This document shows positions 9,762-19,343 of a stretch of 64,000 nt of DNA, piece after piece. How positions within the stretch are numbered: the stretch's first letter is position 1; every line of letters begins with the position of its first letter. Position numbers and translations under genes: made by a program. A model generated the notes under the pieces. It was not told the DNA's origin and did no database searches. It saw only the letters and a list, made by a program, of their open reading frames with translations. The stretch spans positions 32,371-96,370 of the forward strand of contig CAVQAM010000003.1 in the NCBI GenBank assembly GCA_963710585.1. Reading direction: 5' to 3'. Source of the DNA: an uncultured Acidobacteriaceae bacterium. Its GTDB lineage: Bacteria > Acidobacteriota > Terriglobia > Terriglobales > Acidobacteriaceae.

Positions 9762-10771
9762 TCTGGCTTCCCTAAATTGTCGATGATCTTCTCCACCAGA
9801 GAATACGGGTCGCGCTTATGTTCGGCAACTTCCGCGGCATAGCGCGTGGCCTCGCCTTCGCTGAGGTAATACGCCAGCACCCGCTGGAAAAGCGCATCGC
9901 GCAACATCTCCGCGATGCGCTCGCGCCAGTTGTCGATGCGGCGGGCACGTGCGCGGCCGTCCTGCTGGAGATAAGCTCGATACTTTTCGATTGCCGCCAG
10001 CAATTCGGCAGTGCCAGTCCCAGTGGTGGCCACGGTCTTCACGATGGGAGGCGTCCAATTGTCTTTGCGCACGGCCAGCGGTTCGGGGCCCCCAGCACGC
10101 GCCGCATTTGCGCGTGATGGGGTGATCGCCTGCATGGCGCGAATCTCGCGCTCCACCCGCTCGGCGCCATCGCGGTCCGACTTGTTGATGACGAAAATGT
10201 CGGCGATCTCCATGATGCCGGCCTTGATGGTCTGCACATCGTCGCCCATGCCCGGCACCAGCACCACAACGGTCACATCCGCCAGGCGCACAATGTCCAC
10301 CTCGTCCTGGCCGACGCCGACGGTCTCGATCATGACAATATCGCGGCCGCTGGCGTCGAGTACCGTCGCAACATCGGCGGTGGTGCTGGCCAACCCGCCC
10401 AGCGAGCCCCGCGTCGCCATGCTGCGGATGTAAATTCCGGGATCGGCGTAGTGCGATTGCATGCGAATGCGATCGCCAAGTATTGCGCCGCCGCTAAACG
10501 GGCTGGTGGGATCGACCGCGACGATGCCAATCGTCTTCCCTTGCTTGCGGTACGCGTGCGCTACCTGGTCCACCAGGGTGCTCTTGCCGGCGCCGGGCGA
10601 GCCCGTCATGCCCAGCAGCACGGCCTTGCCGCTGTAGGGAAACAGCGCCTTCAACAGTTCGGTGGATTGCGCGCCGTGGTCTTCGACAATGGAGATGCTC
10701 CGCGCCAATGCCCGCGGCTCCCCCGCGCGAATTCGCCGGACAAGTTCCTGGATGTGGCTGTTCGAGGTCAA
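9758..10771 (-). CDS. meaB: Methylmalonyl-CoA mutase-associated GTPase MeaB/ArgK
   Basis: Walker A GSPGAGKST and the INKSD (NKxD) motif, with typical length. Confidence 0.85.
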   Translation of the reverse strand: MTSNSHIQELVRRIRAGEPRALARSISIVEDHGAQSTELLKALFPYSGKAVLLGMTGSPGAGKSTLVDQVAHAYRKQGKTIGIVAVDPTSPFSGGAILGDRIRMQSHYADPGIYIRSMATRGSLGGLASTTADVATVLDASGRDIVMIETVGVGQDEVDIVRLADVTVVVLVPGMGDDVQTIKAGIMEIADIFVINKSDRDGAERVEREIRAMQAITPSRANAARAGGPEPLAVRKDNWTPPIVKTVATTGTGTAELLAAIEKYRAYLQQDGRARARRIDNWRERIAEMLRDALFQRVLAYYLSEGEATRYAAEVAEHKRDPYSLVEKIIDNLGKPE

Positions 10772-10987
10772 GACTTAGGCACCAATAGACAAGATTACCA
10801 GCAGTGCCGAGGCTTACGAAAAAAGGGCGTTGCGCGGTGTCGATCGGTTCCGCCCTGTATCGTAATGTTGGGCAATGTCAGACGCACCGAACCGCGCAAG
10901 ATGCCATGCCCTCGGAAGTGCCTTTTAGGGTGTGGTGGTTCAAAAGTCTCTTGTGCCTGGGCAGCGTCAATACGAGCAACGGGAGGC

Positions 10988-11853
10988 CTAGAAACAGTCT
11001 CATAAATGCCTGAGCATCAGGTGGAGGCAGGCAAGGTGGACGAAGCCGAGGAAGTTCTCGATGTGGTACTCCCAACGGGTAACGAGGCGTCGGAAGTTAT
11101 GCATCCAGGCAAACAGTCGTTCCACTTTCCAGCGACGGCGGTAACGGCGCAGTTTCCGTCCATCCTGGCTCTTGCTTCGGCGCTGTCGGTTGGGTGCGAT
11201 CAGTTCGATGGCATATTCCTGGGCGAGCTTTTTGTCGAGCCCATCGGAGTCGTAGGCTTTGTCGCCGATGAGCCGGGCGGGCAGTTCGTCGAGGAAACTT
11301 CCGGCAAGAACCTCTTCCACAAGCTGGCACTCGGCTGGCGAAGCGCTTTGCACAGATACGGCGAGAGGAAGACTGTTACGTGCGGCGATAGCGACGATCT
11401 TTGTGCCCTTGCCGCGGCGGGTGGGGCCGATGCCGAAGCCCCCTTTTTAGCGCTCGCGAACGTCGCATCCACGAACGCCTCTTCTAAGTTCAACTGGCCG
11501 CGCTCATGCAAGTGCCTGGCCAGCCGCCGCAGGCACTCTTCCAGCTTCCCGTTCTGCACCCATTGCTGGAATCTACGATGGCAGGTCTGGAAGGGTGGAT
11601 ACTTTTCCGGCAGCTCCCGCCACTGTGCTCCGGTGCCTAACACCCACAGTACGCCATGCAGCACGGCGCGGGTGTCGTGCCACGGACGGCCACGCTTATC
11701 GGCCCGGCGCTGCGGCCGTAGCACCGGTTCCACGACTTCCCATTGTTCGTCGGTCAGTTCCCAGCGGCCACGCATTGGCGCTTTCGGAGATCCCCAGAGC
11801 ATCTCCAGAATGCCACCAAAACGCCGTTGAGCTATTTATGAGACTGGTTCTAG
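10988..11853 (-). mobile_element. IS5-family (IS427/IS1031-like, frameshifted transposase) element, copy A
   Basis: 866 bp bounded by CTAG at both ends, with terminal inverted repeats CTAGAAACAGTCTCATAAAT / CTAGAACCAGTCTCATAAAT. All ORF translations are identical to copy B (60385-61250), which is in inverted orientation. Confidence 0.9.
11000..11802 (-). CDS. IS5-family DDE transposase, two frames joined by programmed -1 frameshift
   Basis: OrfA (RGRWELTDEQWEVVEPVL...) ends shortly after the run GCTAAAAAGGGGGC (~11439-11448). The -1 frame continues KGGFGIGPTRRGKGTKIVAIA...DKAYDSD...RWKVERLFAW. The real start is probably ATG 11775. Confidence 0.85.
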
Positions 11854-11856
11854 TCT

Positions 11857-13131
11857 GTGAGCAAGAAATACCCAGTGAATGCTCCTTGTCCCTGCGGTTC
11901 CGGCACAGAGTACAAGAAGTGCTGTGGAAGCCCCACGCTTGATACGAGGACGCCACTTCTACGCGCACCGTCGGCGAACGATCCTGAGGTCATAGCTTAC
12001 AGCGACGAGACTGGTAATTCGGGGAACGACCTCTTCGATTCTCAGCAGACGATCTTTTGGACAGGAACGCTCATCACTGAAGCTGATATGCAAGTCGCGG
12101 GTAAGGAAGTACATGCCGAATGTCTTGCGATAACAGGGCAGATAGAACTACATGGCAATGCCTTGGGTCTTAGCCGTATTAGTTCCATTGCGGAAAAGCT
12201 GATTGCACTATTTTCCCGCACATGTTGCAGATTCTTCTTCACGCGGGTGGATAAGCTACACCTTGCTTGTACCAAGTTTGCCGACACCCTGCTCGACAGC
12301 GGTAACAACCGAGCATTGTCACTTCTGCATTACGGGCCTCGCGCTTCCCGGCTGCCGCTCGCATTGCAACTCATTCAACTCTTGGGCGAGAGGGACTGCC
12401 TGGATTTCTGGGGGGCTTTCTTGCAAAATGACACGGAACGATTCGTTGAAGTTATGAAGCGAGTCTCGTGTCGCCTTGAGGAGTTCCACAATCGCGGCAT
12501 ATATCACGACCGTACCGTTCAACTGCTTGGAGATGCACTGCGGTGGGGGATAGAACATCCCAAAGCACTGCTTGAAGGAGGTGTTCACCAGCTCGACTCT
12601 CCAAATATCGTGGCTTTTACCCTCATTATCGAGTTGTTTCACACACTGTTCGAGCAAACTGGAGCACGGGTTCGGACGTTCATACATGATGAGCAAAACG
12701 AGTTCGCCAGGTACTTGGTGAAGAGCTATGATCTGCTGTCAGGGTTTGCATTCAGGCCGAGCAGCATCACGGCACCACTGCCGAATATCAAGAAGGCACT
12801 AACTTTCGGATGCGACTTGCAGATCGCAAGTTGCACAACTTGCATTGGTCTCCAGTTGATCGACGTGGCACTGTGGCTCACAAAGAGGTACTACGACACT
12901 GACGGAGCGATACATAGTGAGGCGGGTGCCTTAGCTAAGTTCATAGCTCAAAATGCAGTTATTTCCTCGTTCACTCGGGAGCAGATGATCGAGGACACTG
13001 AGAAAGTTGTTGAAGCGCTGAACGCCCTACCCCTAACGAAACTGCAGCTAGAGAAGGGTCGCGAACTGGTCGAGGAAATGGAGGCCATGCGGCTCACCCG
13101 GATGCGGGAGCCGCCGAGCGAATCATTATGA
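11857..13131 (+). CDS. SEC-C motif + DUF3800 domain protein
   Basis: N-terminal CPCGSGTEYKKCCG (SEC-C zinc motif); IAYSDETGNSG (DUF3800-type DE(S/T)G start) and C-terminal ...GLQLIDVALW. GTG start lies 3 nt after the IS5 end. Region is visibly more AT-rich than its flanks. Confidence 0.55.
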   Translation: MSKKYPVNAPCPCGSGTEYKKCCGSPTLDTRTPLLRAPSANDPEVIAYSDETGNSGNDLFDSQQTIFWTGTLITEADMQVAGKEVHAECLAITGQIELHGNALGLSRISSIAEKLIALFSRTCCRFFFTRVDKLHLACTKFADTLLDSGNNRALSLLHYGPRASRLPLALQLIQLLGERDCLDFWGAFLQNDTERFVEVMKRVSCRLEEFHNRGIYHDRTVQLLGDALRWGIEHPKALLEGGVHQLDSPNIVAFTLIIELFHTLFEQTGARVRTFIHDEQNEFARYLVKSYDLLSGFAFRPSSITAPLPNIKKALTFGCDLQIASCTTCIGLQLIDVALWLTKRYYDTDGAIHSEAGALAKFIAQNAVISSFTREQMIEDTEKVVEALNALPLTKLQLEKGRELVEEMEAMRLTRMREPPSESL

Positions 13132-13243
13132 AGCATCCCGCGTGGTGAACTAGCGCCAGTGTTGCGCGCAAATTGGGCACGCTTGCAGCGGCTGTCAGCA
13201 TTCCCCACTCCGGTAAGGTCAGAGGGGCAAGGCGCCGGCCTCC

Positions 13244-13921
13244 TTACGCCGCAGCCGCCTTGGCCGGGCGGGCGGCGGGACGCGAACGCTGCTGCTCCTG
13301 CACTTGCAGCACGATGTCTGCCAAGACGATGGAGAACGCCAGACAAATATACACCACGGTTTCGGCCGCCGCAGGACCCACCTTTTCCAAGCCGGTCACA
13401 CCCAGAACCACGCGCGCTCCTACAAAGACCCCAGGGCCCACGGCAAAGCTGCGGGTCATCCACTGACGGTGCTGCTGAATCTTTCGCTTGAGGATGAACC
13501 CAAAGGCGATCCCGGTAGTCAGCATCCACAAGGTGCCGTGCGCCACGGCGATCATGCTGAAAAAACGCGGAGCTCCCAATCGCTCTTGTAAGGCCGCGAT
13601 ATAGATCCCGAGCGGACCGGCGATGAACGCGCCGGCAACGTAAACCCTTCCTGACACACGATGCAGTTTCGCATAACGCTGGCGGAGCCGATCGGAGAAC
13701 TGCATGGGGGCAAGCACAAACGCGCACGCTCCGGCGATCCCATGCGGCAACAACCACCATTTGAACGGCTGGTAGTGCTGCCACACCGGGGCGTTCGGAT
13801 TCACCAGGAAGCTCTCGTTGTGGCCGAGCACATAGGCCACCATCAGCCCAAACAGCCCAATCAGCAGATACTTCGGTTTGAACCAGGAGACACGTTGGAC
13901 AGTCAGCGATGCAGTTGACAT
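13244..13921 (-). CDS. DUF2306-like integral membrane protein
   Basis: 225 aa with about 5-6 hydrophobic segments; the motif LPHGIAGACAFVLAPMQF...RVSGRVYV resembles DUF2306. Confidence 0.5.
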   Translation of the reverse strand: MSTASLTVQRVSWFKPKYLLIGLFGLMVAYVLGHNESFLVNPNAPVWQHYQPFKWWLLPHGIAGACAFVLAPMQFSDRLRQRYAKLHRVSGRVYVAGAFIAGPLGIYIAALQERLGAPRFFSMIAVAHGTLWMLTTGIAFGFILKRKIQQHRQWMTRSFAVGPGVFVGARVVLGVTGLEKVGPAAAETVVYICLAFSIVLADIVLQVQEQQRSRPAARPAKAAAA

Positions 13922-14251
13922 GGTTGGATCCTAGAGGAGATTGAAATGGTTGAGCGGTCACTATACACGAGTTCGGATTCAAACTGAATGGGAATTTGCG
14001 ATCTGATGAGGAGTGGTGCCGGGAGGGGGGGCGAACCCCCAAGGGCCGAAGGGCGTCGCCTGGCCCGACCCGTGGGCGAAGAGCTTCGCAGTGGATTCGT
14101 GTGTGCCATTCTCCTGAAGTCTGTCATCCATCGTCACAACCTCGACCCCAACTTACGAAAGTAATCCGGTTGCGATTCCAATCGCAGGATCGAGGGACAG
14201 CTCTCGGCAAATCCGGCGCAGCCGGTCCTGCGGCGGACCTGGCTTGGTCCG

Positions 14252-14785
14252 ATGTGCTGTCCACTGTACTTCCATCGAGACCGTGCCGATAGGGCCCTTA
14301 AGGGAGAGAGTGTCGTGTTTGAGCGACAAGGGAGAGATGTCAGAAGGGATGGTGCGGGGCGTCTAGTCTTGGGAGGGTACGCGGTCCTGGGGTCAGTTCT
14401 GTTCTTCCTGTTCCTGGCATCCCAGGCAGCGCCCGGGCAGGCCACGCCACCGGATCTTACCAAGGTGGACCTCGAAGACCTGATGAACATCGAGGTGACT
14501 TCCGTCGCCAAGAAAGAACAAAGGTTGTCACGGACGGCGGCGGCGGTCTTTGTCATTACCCAGAACGACATCCGGCATTCCAGCGCAACCAACCTACCCG
14601 ACCTGCTGCGCATGGTTCCAGGAGTGGATGTGGCCCAGATTAACGCCAGCAAATGGGCCATCAGCATCCGAGGCTTCAACGGGCAGTATTCCAACAAGCT
14701 CTTGGTTCTGATCGACGGCCGGACGGTATATACGCCCCTGCTGTCCGGAGTGTTTTGGGATGCCCACCGGAGGGGAGGCAGATGA
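14252..14785 (+). pseudogene. TonB-dependent receptor, plug domain only (3'-truncated)
   Basis: Signal-like segment followed by typical plug motifs (NIEVTSVAKKEQ, VITQNDIRHSSATNLPDLLRMVPGVDV, IRGFNG...LIDGRTVY). The ORF ends right after GVFWDA with unrelated residues, and no beta-barrel follows. Confidence 0.7.
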
Positions 14786-14813
14786 TTTTTTGGGCGCCGG
14801 TGGAATGATCTGA

Positions 14814-14942
14814 TTTTGCCTGGAAGGAAATAAGGTCCGCTTCGAAATCAATCGCGAAGCGGCAGAATCGGCCAGACTCAGGATCAGTTCGCAGTTGTTG
14901 CTCCTCGCCAAGAAGGTTGTCGGGGGAAACGGGGGGAAGTAA
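14814..14942 (+). pseudogene. YfiR (DUF4154)-like C-terminal remnant
   Basis: A stop-bounded frame without a start codon reads ...[32 protein letters not shown]. This matches the C-terminal signature of YfiR-type proteins that usually precede this kind of sensor kinase. Confidence 0.45.
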
Positions 14943-14946
14943 AGAC

Positions 14947-17775
14947 ATGACTTTCCGAGACCTACCGATTCGACGGAAATTGGCCTTGTTGGTCTCTTCT
15001 GCGAGTGTGATGGCGCTTGTCCTGGCTAGTGTGGGCTTTGCCATTTACGAAAGGGCGAACTTCCGCACCAGCGCCACCACCGAACTAACAACCTTGGCCG
15101 ACATACTAGGAGCCAATACCGCCGCCTCACTGGTGTTCAACGATCAGAAAACCGCCCAGGAAATGCTGGGTGCTCTGTACGCCGAACCCCACGTGTTAGC
15201 GGCCTGTTTGTATGACGAGCGGAGAAACATCTTTGCCGAGTATCGCCGTCCCGGTCTCCCTTCCAATTTCCAAATGCCTTTGTGGCATGAACCGGGACAT
15301 CAATTCGGCGCCCAGTCCTTGGTCCTTCATCGCAGCGTTCTTCTCAACGGCGAGCACACTGGCTCCATTGCCATCGTTTCCGACCTCACCGGCTTCCGCG
15401 ACCAGTTGCTGGGCTACGCGAAGATCGCAATTCTGGTGCTGATCACCTCGCTCTTCGCCACCTTGCCAATGGCTCAGCGGCTTCTCCGAATCGTCAGCGA
15501 TCCCATTCTGCGGCTCTCGGCCGTCGCTGCCAAAGTCTCCCTGGAGAACGACTACTCGCTGCGCGCGACGGTTAGCGGCAAGGATGAAGTGGGAGGACTT
15601 ATCGGAGCATTTAACCAGATGCTGGACAGAATCCAGCTGCGAGATCTGGCCCTGCAGACAGCGAATGACGAACTGGAAACGCGGGTTCAGCGGCGCACCG
15701 CGGAACTGGAGAAGGAGGTACAGGAACGCAAACAAGCCGAGATTGAGATGCGTTTGGCAAAGGAAGCGGCGGAGGTCGCCAGCCGCGCCAAGAGCGAGTT
15801 CCTAGCGAACATGAGCCATGAGATCCGTACCCCTCTGAACGGGGTGATTGGCATGACCGATCTCGCACTCGACTCGGAACCAGAAGCAGAGCGGCGGGAA
15901 TACCTGGAGACGATCAAGTTGTCAGCGGACTGTCTGCTTACAGTAGTCAACGACATCCTCGATTTTTCCAAGATCGAGGCCGGGAAGATGGAATTAGATG
16001 TGGTCGACTTCAACCTGCGAGATTGTTTGGAAGAAGCTCTGAAACCACTGGCCTTGCGCGCGGACGAAAAGGACCTCGAACTTTTGTGTGACATAGCTCC
16101 CGACGTGCCGGAAATGGTCCAGGGAGATTCCACGCGGCTCCGCCAGGTTGTCCTCAACCTGGTGGGTAACGCGATTAAGTTCACCCTCACCGGCGAAGTG
16201 GCCCTGCGAGTAGAAATCGAAGACAGCGAGAACGACATTGGAAGCGTGCGTTTTACGGTGGCCGACACCGGCATCGGTGTTCCTCCCGAGAAGCGCGAGG
16301 CGATTTTTGCGCCCTTTACTCAGGCGGATACCTCAACCACCCGCGAGTACGGCGGGACCGGGTTGGGATTGGCCATTTGCGCGCGACTGGTAGCGATGAT
16401 GGGAGGAAGAGTCTGGTGCGAGAGTGAGGTGGGACGCGGAAGCCAATTCCACTTCACGGCGCGGTTAAAGTTCCTGGCCAGCAAAGCAGAGATGGGAGTC
16501 ATCGTACCTTACGAAACCTTGCGCGGGATGAGAGTTCTGATAGTAGACGACAACGCCACCAATCGAAAGATATTGCAGGGAATGTTGCGGCGCTGGGAGC
16601 TGAGAACCCGCGATGTCGAGAGCGGAGAGCAAGCCGTGGCGGAACTGCTCTCGGCAAGCGCGGCTGGGGACCCTTACCGGCTGATCTTGACCGACATGCA
16701 CATGCCCAATATGGATGGCTTCGAACTGGTTGAGAAGATCCGGAATACGCCTGAGTTATCCACGACGGCCATCATGATGCTCACTTCCGCAGGGCATCGC
16801 CAAGATGCGGAGCGCTGTAGGGAGCTTGGCATTATCTCCTATTTGCTCAAGCCGATCCGAAAATGGGAGTTGCTGGCAGCTATTGAGAAAGCGCTCGGCG
16901 AAGGCGGGCTCAGTCCTCAGCCAAACCCAACTGCACGGCGCAAGCCAGTTTCCCCGGTTGGGGGCCTGTATATTCTCGTGGCCGAGGACAACCATGTCAA
17001 CCAGACAGTTGCCGTCCGCATTTTAGGGAAAATGGGCCATTCTGCGGTCGTGGCCAACAACGGGCAGGAGGTCCTCTCGTTGCTGGCCCAGCAGACCTTT
17101 GATCTTGTGCTGATGGATATCCAGATGCCTGAAATGGACGGACTGACGGCGACCAAGAAGATTCGCCAGGGCGAGCTGCAATCGCACTCTCATATGCCGA
17201 TTATTGCTATGACGGCCCATGCCATGAAAGGAGACCGGGAGCGCTGTCTTGAGGGTGGGATGGACGGTTACGTCTTCAAGCCGATTGTCGGCAAAGAATT
17301 GCAAGAAGCGATCGCCAGCGCGGTCCAAGGTCGCAGTGACACCGGGGGTCGAGTTACCCACGAAATGCACAAGGGGGATGCCCCGCCGAACGGCACACTG
17401 AGCTGGGACGCGAGACAGGTCCTGAAGAGACTGGGTGGCGATGAGAAGCTCTTCTATGAGGTCGTGCAGATTTTCCTTGAGGAGACGCCGAAGAACCTGG
17501 CCGGGTTGCGGCAGGCGATATCGCGGGGGGATGCGGAAACCGTCGAGAAAACTGCCCACAGCCTTAAGGGAGAATTGGGGTACTTGGGAATTCCAGCAGT
17601 TTCACAAAAGGTGCGCGAACTGGAGAAGATGGGCGCAAGACGTGATCTCCAGCACGCCGCCGGAGTGTTCGCCGCCATCGAAACTGAGATGTCAGCCGTC
17701 CTCAACTCCATGCGAAGTGTGAATGGCATGAAGCTGGAGGAGCAGTTGGCCGCTAAGACCGGAGCAGGCCAGTGA
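14947..17775 (+). CDS. Hybrid sensor histidine kinase (CHASE8-like sensor, HAMP, HisKA, HATPase, 2x REC, Hpt)
   Basis: TM plus periplasmic-type N-domain; H-box [10 protein letters not shown]; G2 box GTGLGLAI; REC1 VLIVDDN...[11 protein letters not shown]; REC2 ILVAEDN...[11 protein letters not shown]; Hpt [14 protein letters not shown] 14947 is preferred over TTG 14917. Confidence 0.9.
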   Translation: MTFRDLPIRRKLALLVSSASVMALVLASVGFAIYERANFRTSATTELTTLADILGANTAASLVFNDQKTAQEMLGALYAEPHVLAACLYDERRNIFAEYRRPGLPSNFQMPLWHEPGHQFGAQSLVLHRSVLLNGEHTGSIAIVSDLTGFRDQLLGYAKIAILVLITSLFATLPMAQRLLRIVSDPILRLSAVAAKVSLENDYSLRATVSGKDEVGGLIGAFNQMLDRIQLRDLALQTANDELETRVQRRTAELEKEVQERKQAEIEMRLAKEAAEVASRAKSEFLANMSHEIRTPLNGVIGMTDLALDSEPEAERREYLETIKLSADCLLTVVNDILDFSKIEAGKMELDVVDFNLRDCLEEALKPLALRADEKDLELLCDIAPDVPEMVQGDSTRLRQVVLNLVGNAIKFTLTGEVALRVEIEDSENDIGSVRFTVADTGIGVPPEKREAIFAPFTQADTSTTREYGGTGLGLAICARLVAMMGGRVWCESEVGRGSQFHFTARLKFLASKAEMGVIVPYETLRGMRVLIVDDNATNRKILQGMLRRWELRTRDVESGEQAVAELLSASAAGDPYRLILTDMHMPNMDGFELVEKIRNTPELSTTAIMMLTSAGHRQDAERCRELGIISYLLKPIRKWELLAAIEKALGEGGLSPQPNPTARRKPVSPVGGLYILVAEDNHVNQTVAVRILGKMGHSAVVANNGQEVLSLLAQQTFDLVLMDIQMPEMDGLTATKKIRQGELQSHSHMPIIAMTAHAMKGDRERCLEGGMDGYVFKPIVGKELQEAIASAVQGRSDTGGRVTHEMHKGDAPPNGTLSWDARQVLKRLGGDEKLFYEVVQIFLEETPKNLAGLRQAISRGDAETVEKTAHSLKGELGYLGIPAVSQKVRELEKMGARRDLQHAAGVFAAIETEMSAVLNSMRSVNGMKLEEQLAAKTGAGQ

Positions 17776-18734
17776 CTATGAGTCAGCCACTGACGCAGTC
17801 CACTGGGCTCGAGCGGCCAGGAAGTAGCTGCGACCAAGTATTGGTTGCCGAAGATGACCCAATGTTTCGCAAGATCTTGAAGAGTTGGCTGGAGAACTGG
17901 GGATACCGCGTAATTGTCGCCGAAGATGGCACCGCGGCTTGGAACATCCTGCAGCAAGAGCGTCCTCCTGAACTACTGATCCTGGACTGGGTAATGCCGG
18001 GAATTGATGGCTTGCAGCTATGCCGCAGAATTCGAGAGCGCCAGACAACTCCTTACCAATACATCCTGCTAGTCACGGCCAAGGACGATGCAGAGGATGT
18101 GGTCACGGGCCTGGAGGCAGGAGCGGATGATCATTTGACCAAGCCGTTCGACCGCAGCGAACTGCGGGCGCGGCTGAGAGTGGGAAGACGTATCCTCACT
18201 CTCCAGAAGGGTCTGATTCAAGCCCGCGAAGAGCTCCGCTTTCAGGCCACTCACGACGTACCTACCGGAATTTGGAACCGGGGTGCACTCCTCGACCTGC
18301 TGCAGCGTGAAATCGAGCGCGCCAGCCGTTCCCAAAGCCCAACCGGTCTTTTGATGCTTGACCTGGACCACTTCAAGAAGGTCAATGACACCTACGGACA
18401 TCTGGCTGGCGATGTGGTCCTGAGGGAAGTTGCACGCCGCATCAGCGAGGCTGTCCGTTCCTATGACCTCGTGGGGCGCTACGGAGGCGAAGAGTTCCTG
18501 GTTGTGCTCCCCAGCTGCGACAAGATCCAAGCCCTGCAAAGCGCGGAAAGAATTCGATCGGTAATCGCCGAACGCCCAGTTCTGGCAGCAGGCGCCGAAA
18601 TCCTGGTCACGGCCAGCATCGGGGTGACGGTTACGACGGCCGGCACCGTCGCTGAAAAAGAGATTCTGGCAATCGCCGATACTGCCTTGTACCAGGCTAA
18701 GAGTGCTGGGCGAAATTGCACGGCCGCACTGTGA
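17772..18734 (+). CDS. Response regulator with GGDEF output (diguanylate cyclase)
   Basis: REC (VLVAEDDP...[12 protein letters not shown]...TKP) plus GGEEF active-site motif ([12 protein letters not shown]). Start overlaps the kinase stop (GTGA); ATG 17778 is an alternative. Confidence 0.9.
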   Translation: MTMSQPLTQSTGLERPGSSCDQVLVAEDDPMFRKILKSWLENWGYRVIVAEDGTAAWNILQQERPPELLILDWVMPGIDGLQLCRRIRERQTTPYQYILLVTAKDDAEDVVTGLEAGADDHLTKPFDRSELRARLRVGRRILTLQKGLIQAREELRFQATHDVPTGIWNRGALLDLLQREIERASRSQSPTGLLMLDLDHFKKVNDTYGHLAGDVVLREVARRISEAVRSYDLVGRYGGEEFLVVLPSCDKIQALQSAERIRSVIAERPVLAAGAEILVTASIGVTVTTAGTVAEKEILAIADTALYQAKSAGRNCTAAL

Positions 18735-18744
18735 GGGACGAGGT

Positions 18745-18812
18745 CCCGGATGCATGGTCGGCGAAATGAAGAGATCTCGGCAAAGACTCCCGCATCCCGT
18801 GCGGTGAACTAG
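18745..18812 (+). pseudogene. About 70-nt 3' tail of an island integrase gene (remnant)
   Basis: CTCCCGCATCCCGTGCGGTGAACTAG plus upstream bases closely match the last codons of integrase 28823-29974 (...PPASRAVN*). It directly abuts the stop of the GGDEF gene. Confidence 0.45.
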
Positions 18813-18846
18813 CGCTAGCTAGACAGTGATCCTAAGGGTTTAGGAC

Positions 18847-18906
18847 TGGTGCCGGGAGGGGGGTCGAATCCCCACGAGGTGATAAGTCTCGGCGGATTTT
18901 GAGTCC
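18847..18906 (-). repeat. tRNA-Leu(CAA) 3'-half copy (att-type repeat a, diverged)
   Basis: 60 nt matching 30009-30069 with 3 differences (one G fewer, two substitutions). The match ends at the anticodon stem. Confidence 0.7.
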
Positions 18907-19343
18907 AACCCATTCGTTTTCCAAACAACGCAATTTCTTTGCTTTACACGCACTTGCCGTTATGCCTGCGTGCTGGCCTGTACGGTCCTGTTCGGTCTTG
19001 TGAAGAACCAGTGGTCAGAGTTTGGGCAGAGAGGACTTGCCGGCTCTCCCAGATGACCTTGCCTTTTGGGCAACGTCCTCCGCAGTGGTGTGCTCGAACT
19101 CCGGTGCGCCTGCAGCGCACAGCAACATTACCTATAGGCAGTCGTGAACACGCCCACTCGCGACCTGACCCAAACGGACCGTTGAGGGGGACACGGGACG
19201 CTGATTACTTACGAAATGGGGAGTAGCTGTTGAAAAACTCGCTTTTAGAGCGCATGTTTCGTCCCCACGATGCGGATTTGCGTTCTTCCTTTTCTATTGG
19301 TTGCGATTCTCAGATCGCTTCGGTTGCCGGTTTCGGTCCGAAG

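Noticed and set aside
11006-11830. 274-aa ORF antisense to the IS5 transposase (twin at 60408-61232)
   Set aside because: It is a shadow ORF spanning both transposase frames, and the transposase strand shows clear DDE-family motifs and a frameshift site.
12948-14042. 364-aa minus-strand ORF
   Set aside because: It overlaps the DUF3800 3' end and the DUF2306 gene in another frame, is Arg/Ser/Gly-rich and has no motifs. The 225-aa membrane-protein frame is more plausible.
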